In this document: one piece after another, positions 1 to 12,302 of the stretch
Numbering within the stretch: position 1 is the first letter of the stretch
How the letters are laid out: each line of letters starts with the position of its first letter
Source: Lingula anatina
Taxonomy: Eukaryota > Animalia > Brachiopoda
DNA length: 64,000 nt
Assembly (NCBI GenBank): GCA_051362555.1
Contig: CM120645.1
Span: 23,216,934-23,280,933, forward strand
Reading direction: 5' to 3'
Program-made: the position numbers and the translations under genes
Notes under the pieces: model-generated
What the model was told of the DNA's origin: nothing
The model's database searches: none
Seen by the model: only the letters and a program-made list of their open reading frames with translations

Positions 1-152
1 ATGTTAATGCTGCAGAGGTTCAGGATGTTGCCTTCACTTTTCTCTCTCTTTCCTTTTTTTGTGCTTGTTACAGTATAAAGTTACTTATCATAAGCACATC
101 GTGTTTTTAACTTGTAATTGTTCCATTGTAACTTTGAATGTTCCAATTTTAG

Positions 153-324
153 TTAGTGTCAACTAACGAAAAGCTGGAGAAAGAACTCCAGAGTCTCCAG
201 GGAAATGAGGCAGAGAAAGAGAAATGTGTGAAGAGTGAAGAAGTCAGCGGAGAGGTGCTGGAGCTGCAGAATGAAATCAGACGTCTTCAGGCTCAGAATG
301 CAGCGCTGCAGAAAAATCTGATTT
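153..324 (+). CDS. GRIPAP1: GRIPAP1 coding exon (LVSTNEKLEKEL...RLQAQNAALQKNLI)
   Basis: ttttag acceptor, gtaagt donor, ends in phase 1. Confidence 0.85.
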
Positions 325-3300
325 GTAAGTTCAGAAAGGCACATTTTTAGGTCTAACTTTTTCATTATTAATATATTTTTCTCTATCTATTTTTGTTGTT
401 TTAAAATGTGGTAAGCTGCTATGATTATATTTGTAAAATACATGTACTGTAGCATTTTAGTCTATGATTTTTATGGATCCTAGACTCAAAGTAAAATAAG
501 GTACATAGCAAATAAGTTTGAAACCCTACTAATTGTAAATTTATTTATTATTTTGTCATTTATTAGGCTTTAGTAAAGCAATTATAAGGTTTCAATAAAC
601 CTAAGAAAGGATATAAAATGTTTTTTGTTTATTATTTTCAAGCTGACCAAGAGAAGTATAAGAAAGAGATTTCAGACTTGAAGCAGTTGACGTCTCAGAG
701 GTCAATGCAGGACGTTGACCTTGGTGACCTTGGAGACCTTGGCACTGTAAACAACACACATGATTCTTGGTAAATCGTAGTTTTCTTTCCTCCCAACTTG
801 TTTTATAGTATTGAAATAATACCATGATGGGGACAAATCTTCTAGATATTCAATTTTTCAAGTTTGAAATACTATAAATACTTAGTTAGCTGAATTATAT
901 TACTGATGCAGTATTATATCGTGGAGAGGGTTTCAGGATACAGCTCTTGGGTCAGAAACCAGATGTTAAAAAGGTCTAAATAACCCCACAGTTGACCAGA
1001 AAAGGTGCATTGAAAGGAACCCCTCATTTAAGTTGTTGGCTAAGGGCTTGGCTTCTGAACCAAAAGAAACAAACACAACCACAGTGTAAAGAAAAGTGTA
1101 TTATATAAATCATATAAATAACAATAATATTTATGATTTTATGTGATTCCAGTGATGGGTCTGTAGAAGCAGCTATAGGGGGCGACACTGCTGCTAGCCC
1201 CACCAATCCCCCAGGTAAGTAAAGTTCATACTGAGAATAAGAGCGCATCTAGATCGAACTAACTCGCTGGGGGTTCACGCTAAATTGCTGTCAGACAACC
1301 GCGCATGGAAGTTAATTACCCCCTTACAGCTTTTAATAGGCGGGACAGACATTTAATCTAATAATCATGGAGATAGATCGATCTAAAATCTGTGGGAATG
1401 GGGTCTAAGAGTTTCTGATATCTGCCTGGTAATGATTCATGTTCACAGCTTCAGGCTGTCATGTTTTTTCTGCCAAAAGTTCAAACTTGGTCCAATTTAC
1501 CGCCATTGTCAAGAAATCCTGGGAGGTAGCCTAAAACCAGAGATCCCCCTTGGCCCCAGGTTATTGTTTTCACAGAGATATGGAATAGTTTGGTGGTCTG
1601 ATATTGTGTGTTAGACCCAAACCACTAACTGTTTGCTATTGAGTATTGAGTGTGTTGAGAGTTTGCTATTGACTTTAGATCTTTTTTGTTTTAATTTTTT
1701 TTCCAGATGTCTTGCCTCAAAAGTCTGCTCCGTCTGTGGATGTGGAGTCCCACAAATTAGAAGAATACATTCAAGAAAATAGCAGTGAGTTGGGATTTAA
1801 ACAAAAAGCAATTTTACACGTGTGCCCAAAAACACACACACACACATGTTAGCCAAAAAAAAAAAATAATTGATTTAAATTTATAAAAATGATCAAATGT
1901 TTGAACTAGTTCATATTTGCTGCTCCTCCCCTTCTCTCTCTCTCTCTGTCTGTCATTGTTCCAACAACTATTCTGACTATTTCTCAGGTCTGAGACTAAG
2001 TTTAGACACAGAAAAAGAAGAAAACAATATGCTGAAACAACAGTTGGAAGAACTAGAGGTAAGTGTGTGAAGATTTGAAAAGTAAAATTTTATGATAGCA
2101 TATCAACTAACTGTCTCTTCTTTTCCTTTCCAAAGCTATATTGATATATTAGATTTGGTTTTACTCCTGTCATAGAAAGGATAACTATTTCTGTCAATTT
2201 TTTATAAAAGTTAATGATAAGATTTTAAAAACCATGCCCTTAATAATAAGAATGGGACCACATTGTGGTTCATCTAAAAGATACCCCAGATGTCAAACGA
2301 ATAATTGCACAATTAATTCACCTGCTAAACCCCAGTAACTCTTGACTAAATGACAGAAAAGATTACAAATATAGTAAGATTTTAAATTGAACTTTTTTTC
2401 CATCTCCAGAAGTCAAGGTTGGATCAGGTCAACAGTTTACAAGAAGAGGTAGACAAGGTGAGTAACATTGCTCTCTTACAGTCTTAAAAGGAAATTAAAT
2501 CCATCAGTATATGTTTGACATTTGCAAGGGTGAACATGTCAGGTAATGATTATTGAACAAATATTTCTTTTATATGCTTGCATTTATAACTGAATTATAT
2601 GATGCTTTATACATTCACATTTATAATTTTAGATGCAAGAAAAATTAAAGAAGAAGCAAGAAAGGTATGTGTGACATGTATTGTCTTCATGTATTGTCAA
2701 AATGTTTTTACCTGCTGAATTTTTTAAAAGTACATTGTATGATTTTTTTATGTTGGTAAAGTGTAAATTTTAAATTTAAATTTTAAAAGTTACAGTATTT
2801 TAAGGAGCTTTATGAGGGCAGTAGTCAAGTAATTTCTTTCATTCATTGTCTTAACAGAAATTTCTTGAAATTTCATATTCTCACAATTAATCTTTCCTGT
2901 TTAACTTTTATTTTTTCATATTTTACAGTTTCTGTAAACTTCAAGAAGAGAAAGAGGTTCATTTCAGAGAGACAAGGTGAGGTCAAAGTTGTGCTGTAAT
3001 TACGCCTTGTGCCCCACAAAGTTTATTGGCCAACAACACAGAACTTCTCACGAAGGGTGATTTAGTCAAACATGATGTATATTCTAGTTATTTTTTAAAC
3101 CCCTCTCCCAACCCAAAGGAGAGAAAGCAAAATATGTCGTATGTACTTATTTCATAAGTGACAATTTCTGTGTTTCCAGTCAGAAGATAGATGAACTTCA
3201 GGCCAGTAAAGAGAGAGACAACAAATACTTCAGAGATCACATTGCCAAACTTAAGGAAGAACTGGAGAAGATGAAAGAGGTAAAATATGTTACTGCCACC

Positions 3301-4893
3301 AAGTTTCCACATGAGCTCTAGTGTATTGTAGATGCTGAACACATAAAATGATTATTTTTTCACAACAGCAGCTCAAGCAACACATGCAGCCACACTTAAT
3401 GTACTGGTGGCTCAACTCTAATTTCTGCTGCTTTTCTCAAGAACTATTTTTGATGTTTGTTGTCAAGAGGACTAGAAATGATTAACCGAAGATCCTTATT
3501 GGTTGTGCTCTTAGGTGCTAGAAGAACAAAAATCCCAATCCAGTCAAACCATAACAGAGCTGCAAGAGACAGTTTCCACTCTTCAGAGTCAGGTATGGGA
3601 AGTGTATGTTCAGTCTTTGACCTTTGGCTTAGTCAAAGAATTAGATATGGTTATTAATTAAACAAACTATGAACAATCATAACGCATTAGTATCATCAGA
3701 TTGTGATAAAACAATCTCAGCAAATTATTTTATATTTAACATGTCAGAAATTTGTCTTTTGGTAGTTTATATGTATATGTTCGTTCAGGGAAGGGCAGTG
3801 ACTCATTTCCAAATGTCATTTCCTATTGAAGTCATAAATTATGTTAATTAAATACTACCCCAAACAGGTCAATTCCTCCAGTGAGGAGCAGCTTCACCAG
3901 TTAGAGGCTCAGACCAGCAAGTTCCAGCAGGAGATTTCAGAGCTACAGAAGTCTATAGCAGCTCTACAGCAGGAAAGGGAGGATGTCTGTAAACAACTTG
4001 AGGTAAGCAGTAACGGGTAACACAGATATACCAGGATTTGATCAGCGAGGACAAGTGTAGAAAGTTATTGAATTTTCATGAAAATATTCCATCAAAGTTA
4101 AAATAACTGTGGGAAATACTTCCTTCTTTATATCTTAACTTCATGAAGATTAGAGATTTTAGAGAACATTTGATCATATAAAAAAGTAATTGTCAGATAT
4201 TTATTTAACTTATAAATATTCAGGAGAGTCAGAAAGAGAAGGACACCCTACAGCAGAAGCTTAGTGACACTGAGACAGAGAGAGATACTCAAAGTCAAGC
4301 TCTCCAAGAAGCTAGCAAAGTAAGCTATTGAATTAGTTACTAATTAGAAACCACTTTGCGCTTATGTTTTTTGCAACAGTCATTATAAATTGAAGCATAG
4401 CCTGATAATCTTTATGGTTGATATTTCCTTATACATTTACACATTGCTCTTATTTGCACAATTTTTATCATAAATAAGAGAAGAGGAAGCAGTTGTTGTA
4501 TGAGTTTGTCATCAATACACTCACTTTAAGTTTGTTCTAATTCCCGCTGTAGATAGCAGAGAAGAGGAAGCAGCTGCTGGATGAGCTGGCCATCAAGTAC
4601 CAGGCGGAGAGTGAGAAACACAGGGAGGAGGTGGGACGTCTTCAGGACAGTCACCAGGTGGAGCTGTCACAGCTGGCCACACAGTTGACTGAGGAGAAGG
4701 TGAGGACAGTAGGATAGGGGGCAGTGGTAATCAAGAGAATATTTCAGTTTAGTTTATACCTTTTGTGCACAAATGGGTACAAGGAAGTATGAGAACACAG
4801 ATGCCCAATGTAGGAAACCTCAACTGGAACGCTGGTGGACAGGCACTCACATGCACACGCATACTGGCACACGCATACACTCACACAGACACT

Positions 4894-4936
<43 letters not shown>

Positions 4937-7900
4937 CAAAAAAGGGCCTCCTGCCCATGCATTCATGTCAACATACGCACATATGCATATGCATATGCAC
5001 TCATATACACATTCTGTGAAACAAAAACAGCCAGTATCATATATTTCTTTAAGTCAGTGAAAAAATTCATTACATCATCATGACCAGATATTGTTGTATT
5101 ATTTTTCAGACTAAAGTGTCTCAGCTGGAAAAGCTCAAACCTGAGGTGGAGCAGCTACGAGAGCAGGTGCAGTCCCTGGACAACACGAAAGGATGGCTGG
5201 AGAGACGGCTTCAGGAAGTAGAGGTGACTCAACTTGTTAATAAGTTCCTGGATATAACTCAAACCTTCATTTCCTATTGACTGAAACCATTCTAAATTGA
5301 TATTATCACTAATGAATACTTTAACTTTCTATCCTAAACTGAAAATGATAAGCAGAAGTTCTTTTATGTCATTAAAAAATACCATTTTTCATAATTAAAC
5401 AGGAAGAATTAGATGCTACGAAGGTCAACTATGAATCTCAGTTAGAAACGAGCAGTCACGAGCATGCGAACACCGTAGAGAGTCTGAGGCAGAGTCAGGC
5501 AGCCATCCAGCAGGTATGTCAGCCAGTTTACTATCCCACTGTTGTAATTATAATAGTCTGAGGCAAAGTCAGGCAGCCATCCAGCAGGTATGTCAGCCAG
5601 TTTACTATCCCACTGTTGTAATTATAATAGTCTGAGGCAGAGTCAGGCAGCCATCCAGCAGATATGTCAGCCAGTTTACTATCCCACTGTTGTAATTATA
5701 ATAGTCTGAGGCAGAGTCAGGCAGCCATCCAGCAGGTATGTCAGCCAGTTTACTATCCCACTGTTGTAATTATAATAGTCTAAGGCAGAGTCAGGTAGCC
5801 ATCCAGCAGGTATGTCAGCCAGTTTACTGTCCCACTGTTGTAATTATAATAGTCTAAGGCAGAGTCAGGCAGCCATCCAGCAGGTATGTCAGCCAGTTTA
5901 CTGTCCCACTGTTGTAATTATAATAGTCTGAGGCAGAGTCAGGTAGCCATCCAGCAGGTATGTCAGCCAGTTTACTATCCCACTGTTGTAATTATAATAG
6001 TCTGAGGCAGAGTCAGGCAGCCATCCAGCAGGTATGTCAGCCAGTTTACTATCCCACTGTTGTAATTATAATAGTCTGAGGCAGAGTCAGGCAGCCATCT
6101 AGCAGGTATGTCAGCCAGTTTACTATCCCACTGTTGTAATTATAATAGAAATTTATTTTCTCAATGGCATGGATAGCACCTAGGGGATAAGGGGAAAGTT
6201 GCAGAAATTTCCAGTATATTTTAAGCTTCATAAAGGTTTTTACTGGCATTGTATGCCTGCATGTATAGTGTTAAAAAATAGAAATTTATTCTCAGGGGAT
6301 GACAAAATACAGTATTAGATTATAAAACATTATGTTGTCAACATGGTTATATTATACCATCAATTCCGCAGCTTTCTAGTGTGTCTTTCCATTAATAAAA
6401 TGCTAAAGTAAAGAGGCCTGTGCCTGTAGAGAGATGTAAAGCTGGCTGTCCTGAATACACCAAGGAGTCAGTAAATCATGAATTCTGTCAACAAACTTTT
6501 CACCAGTGAATTCTGATAGAGATGTATCAGTAAAATAGTAAAACCATATATTTGGTCGTTTGTATTTACGACCGGCCGCCCCCCCCCCCCCCACCCCCCA
6601 CCCCCCTTAACCCCCATTTTTTGGTATTTTATAAAAAAAAAATACACTTTCAATTCTGATTTTCTATTAAAAGTGATTTGCATGTTTTTTCACATGTTAT
6701 AGGAACTGGAGGACAAGATACAGACACTGACTGAAGAACAACAGGAGCAGAATATTTCCATTGACAATCTTAAACAGGTACATTTCTAGTTGTTGGGTTT
6801 GCTTTCATGTTATTCATTTATATTTATTTTTTTAGTTTGGGGGGGGATGCTTGCAATATGCATTGATTAACATGTTAGTCAAGACTATTTTGGTGCCTTA
6901 GTTAAATATAATTAAAGAGATAAAGCTGATTTTGACAGATTTCACAAAGGCCAAAAATTGTTAGCAGAAAATTGATTCCAATTTCCAATGATTTGTGTTA
7001 TTTACTGCTTGCAACTAGACTAAAGATGTTAGAATTTTCACTAATTTAGATAGACAAAACTTTACAACAGTTTATGGAGGGGTTTTACTTGATGTTTTTC
7101 ACAGCAAATCAAGGATAAAGAGGAAGAGATGAGAATTCATGAGAAAAAGGGTGCCTCAACAGTGAGTATAGCATGGAATATTTCACTAGAAAACCCCTCA
7201 GAGAACTTGGACCTCTGCCAAGAAAGAGCTTAATTCTGATAATTAATTAGTTAATTAATCAATGGATCACCACCAAATCTAAGCAGTTCTAGGTTAGCCC
7301 ATTTCTGACTTATCATGAAAATTTTATCAAAAGCCATCTGTAGCTTTTAGATTTAGATTAGTAACTAACATATACCAACATGTGAATGTTGATGACCTTG
7401 GAGCATCTGGTCCAATCTCTGTGATATCTTTACCAATTTTTCTATTCAGCTGAAAGATTTTAAAAGACAACTGCACGCAGAAAGAAAAAGGGGCGAAAAA
7501 TTGCAAGAAAGATTGCAGAAGTTAGTGTCTGAGAGTAAAGGAGGGAGACAAGGTAGGTGGATCCCCCTGTTGGCAAGGTGCCAAATTATCTTCGTGTCTT
7601 CACGTGTACTTTATCTACAGAGATACCTGATTCTTTGAGCTTTGCGTTGAGGCAGCAATCTCTGCACCTTGGCCTTTTATTAGGGAAGAAGTTATTATTT
7701 TAGCATTTAAAATGATGAATTTTTCAGTCAAAAAAATGATAGGGGTCCCCTGACTGCAAAGATGATCGTCTGCCACTGCTCTTGCTCAACAGGTGTCAAC
7801 ACGGTCACCAGTGTTGCACATCCCTGTCATTAGGAAAAAACTATTAGAAATCCATCTCATTTTCCTTGGTCAAATTAAATTTGGAGAAATTTTGACTTGC

Positions 7901-9264
7901 GTAAGAGTCAATTTGTTATGTTAATTGCTAATGCCACTTTTTTTCCTGATGAACTGAATGTTATTATGCTGAACATGTAAATATATTGTTTTGTGCACTT
8001 TTTCTCTGTGTATTGAAATATTCTGTCTTTTTATTTTCAGCTGCAGAAGAGTTGCTGATGGGTAAAGATCCAGAGTCAAGATATAAAGGAGACAATGGGT
8101 GAGTGACACAGATTAACACTGTCTTATTATCAAAGTGTATAAGGGTGCATTCAGAACCTGTTGATCCGAGGACTAACTAGTCTGGGGGTCAAATATGGTG
8201 TGACCCACTTGAAAGAGTGCCGAGATTTAATTGCTCTGCCACTTCTGGGTCGGTGTGCGTGGGAGGCGTGAATCCATTGACTACTGCATGCCATATTTGA
8301 TCCCCGGACTAGTTAGCCTGCAGATCAACTTCGGTTCTGAATGTGGCCTTAGTCACCAATTGTCAGCAAAATTGAAATTTTGTAAATTTGTTCAGCTGCT
8401 TGTCACCATTTTTGCTTTGGGTGAATAGATTCTTAGAAACAGGTGCCTGGAGGACCAGTAGGATAGAAAGTTTTTGGCACAGCTTTTAGTACTGAATATT
8501 TGAAACGTGAAACTTAAAACTCTGGCTTAAAGATGACAATTTGAACAAATTCTCAATTGCATGGTATTCATATATGGAGTTGACAAAGACTAGCCTTTTT
8601 ATTTGTAAATCTACTTGGATAAACCAATAAACATCAGTCCAATAATTTAAGACTCCTAAGCATTTTTTTATCATTGACAATTAAACACTAAGGACTAGTC
8701 AATTCTCCTCATAGACTCCTCTTATATCCCCAGATATACCACAACACATTAAGCAAGTTAAATCCCAGTTAATTTGATTTTGTGGTCCAATGATGACACA
8801 TTATTCACTCCAACTAGCTTAAGTGGTTCTCTGAATAATGGAGACAGAGATAAAGAGATGGCTGTTCCATTTCAGCTCAATATCTTCATGGAGTGGCATT
8901 AGTGGCAACAAGGATACGTTAAGTAATTCCAATTACAGCGCGTCTCAGGTAGGAAAATGTGTCTGTGTACAGGTCTGTAGAGGGTGCTTGAAAAGCAGCC
9001 ATTACACAAGAGATGGTTGATTGATTGATTGATTTGAAGGAGATAGGTATGATAGGAGAGAGAGAGAGAGATTATGATTGTTAAAAATATTTGTGACAGT
9101 AGTGAAGAAGGATTAGAATTAAAATGATCATTGAGTCACATGCGCACACTCTGACACATACACACACACATACACACACATACACACACACACTGTGCTT
9201 ACTAAGTACACACAAACTGTGCTTGCTAAGTACACACACAAACACACATGTATACACAGAATGT

Positions 9265-9308
<44 letters not shown>

Positions 9309-10183
9309 AGTTGTATATTAATGTTGCTGTTCCAGTCCCCAGATGAAGGCAGTGTGTCCAGTCCCATGTCCCTGACCCAGGAGAACAATGACCTGTTGTG
9401 CAGGGTGGCAGAACTACAGCAGCAGAACTGGAACCTGCAGGAACAGGTGGGTGGGTCACAGTGTGGGTCACAGGTGGGTGGGGCAGATTAAGCATGGGTC
9501 ACAGGTGGGTTGGTGACAGTATGGGTCACAGGTGGTTGGCTCACAGGTAGGTGTATAACATGGGTGGGTGGGTGACAGCATGGGTCACAGGTGGGTGGGC
9601 GACAGCATGGGTCACAGGTGGGTGGTTCATAGGAGGGTGAGCACAGTAATTGTCATAGGTGGGTCGGTCACATCATGGGTGACTAGTGGGTCACAGGTAG
9701 GTGTGTCTCAGCATGGCAGTTTTTTAACTGAAGTTGTTCACCCTCCATACTTTGATGTTTGGTTACACCGTACCTTCTTGTCTTTTTGGGGTCAGTTGGT
9801 GTAATTTCATAGGTGTAATTTTTATCACAAGGTAGCATTGTCAAAGTCTAAACTTTGAGTAAAAAGGTTTTCATGTGCGTTATGAATGTCACAAGTAGGT
9901 GACTTCAGTGATAGCTCACATGAGTTCCCTTTTGATAAGGCCTAACTGCACCCATAAGCTCCAGTGTGGGATTTGTTCCTAATCATCTTTATCTTAGTAT
10001 CAAACAAGGGGACAAATCAAACCATAAATGTTGATATTGAAGTGTATATCTTGTCCCGTGCTAGGTCAACATGCTGGAGTCTAGTAACGCAGCCATGGCG
10101 GAAGACCTCATCCAGAAGACGGCTGTCATTGACCACTATGTCAAGGAAGGAAGACCAGGTAAGCAGTCAGGGTTCATTTAAAC

Positions 10184-10214
<31 letters not shown>

Positions 10215-11255
10215 GATCAAATATCTCATGATTATTTGCTTTTCACAGTAAGTTTTATGACTTCCTTGACTGAACATTTTTTTCTTTGAGGTGCATTTTT
10301 TGTAAATTATATATATTGACTTTATATTATTTGCTGTTAGCACTGGTTTCAGCCATGAAATCTTACATAATTCCCAAAAATAAAAATTGTCCTTTAGTCC
10401 TAGATTTTTTGTAACTCTTTTTTTTAATTTGATGAAGTAAAAGTATGCTATTTTGAAATTTTCCTTTTCAACAAAATACAGGAAATACAGACACTTTGTT
10501 AGTTTTATAAATTCTTACCATTACATGGTTTGGTTTCAGAATATGTCCACACTCCAAAAGATGAGAAACTAACACTGAACCGTGTGGTTGACTTTGTGAA
10601 GAACAAAGGTGATGAGAACCTTAAGGAGACCAATAGAAAGCTGCAGAGAATGGTGGAGGAAACGCTGACCAAGAACATGCATTTGCAAGAGGTATGCAAT
10701 CAACAGTTATGAAAAAAAATGAGGGAAAAAATGAGGACCACTTTCGAGAACTCTGTATCAAACTGTTTGCTGTATTACTCAGTGTGAGAGATAGGCAACT
10801 TTAGGATCTGGCTATTTTGAAAGTGAACAACCTGAACAGACCCCACCCCTACCCCCACCCCCCACCCCCACTCACCCAAGACCAGTCAAACTTAACTGAG
10901 ATAGAAAACTGTGACAGCAATTCTTTTTTTTTTTTTTTTTTTGCCTAGCCAAATCCCTGCTTTTGCATCACTTTTTTTTCTCCAAATGTTTTTAAAAACA
11001 GTATCAACCTTATTTTGTTTATTCGATTTCAATCAGTTTTAGCATTTGGTTAAATTGGCGAGTGTAAGCTCTACTCAAACTGTCTGTGGTATGGCAAAGT
11101 GTCTTAGGAATACACCCCAAAAATTACATATATTATATGCAATAATGAACACTGTTTTCATGAATTTGATATAACACTGATAAGCCTTCGTGCTGACAGA
11201 ATATGAGTTAACAAAAATAAAAATTGTCCAGAATAAAAAATGAAAATAATAAATA

Positions 11256-11286
<31 letters not shown>

Positions 11287-11610
11287 ACACACACAGTCAG
11301 GTGCACCCGAACACATCCACCAGGTAGTCTGTAACACATCTCTCTCCCAGAAGAATACATGCAGTCAGTGATGTGATTCTTGCTACTTAGCCAAACAGGA
11401 GTGTTTGTATACAGGGAACCAAATGCAGCATGACTGTATAAATAGAACTCAGCCTAGAATAGCTCACTGATCTATATTTATGTACTGGGTATGGTTTTTG
11501 GTAGGTACAAAGTGATCTCACAGACACTGTCTCTCTTTTTCCAAAACAGCTTTAAAAAATTTTTTTTTATTCATAATATGTACATGGTTAATAATTAGTG
11601 GGTACAAAGT

Positions 11611-11696
<86 letters not shown>

Positions 11697-12257
11697 AAAC
11701 TGTTTACTTTTTATAAAAATATGCGCAGAATAATATGCACTGGCTTTGTCTTTCTTATAACATATTTTGACATTTGTTATATTTATAACATACAGAGATA
11801 TCATATCCACTCATTTCATATTTGAAGCAATTTGCTGGTATGTGAATTCACGTGGAATTGTTGGTATATGTACATCAGTTTATAGATGATATTGTTGTAA
11901 TAGATGAGTCAGACGTTGAATCCAGATGATATCGCTGCAATATACAGATACTGTCACATATGACTTCAGAAGGGCTCTGCAGTATACTCTAATCTTCAAG
12001 TTTGAAATGTGCCTGCGTCTTAATTTTCAAACCTCCACGTCTGGACCCTCAGTGGACTGTGACATTCAGTTACAGTTTTGATTGAAGTTTATTGGACCAG
12101 TCATTTGTGCAGCCAGGTGGAACTGGAGGTCAGAGGTCACAGTTGCCCCGGGGTCCTCCCTGTAAACTAAGTCCAGTTTGCCCTCCATTGGAGTAGACCC
12201 ATTGTCTTGGGGCTTGTTTGCCAAGTCTCTGTTTAACATACACTCACATGCATGCAC

Positions 12258-12302
<45 letters not shown>

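Noticed and set aside
4744-5083. HT/CV/RE/LS/IY-repeat ORFs here and near 9.1, 11.6, 12.3, 17.3, 40.6, 53.2 and 58.3 kb
   Set aside because: Translations of dinucleotide microsatellites.
5481-6148. CRISPR-like regular repeats
   Set aside because: Eukaryotic intron; units are contiguous and near identical, with no unique spacers or cas genes.
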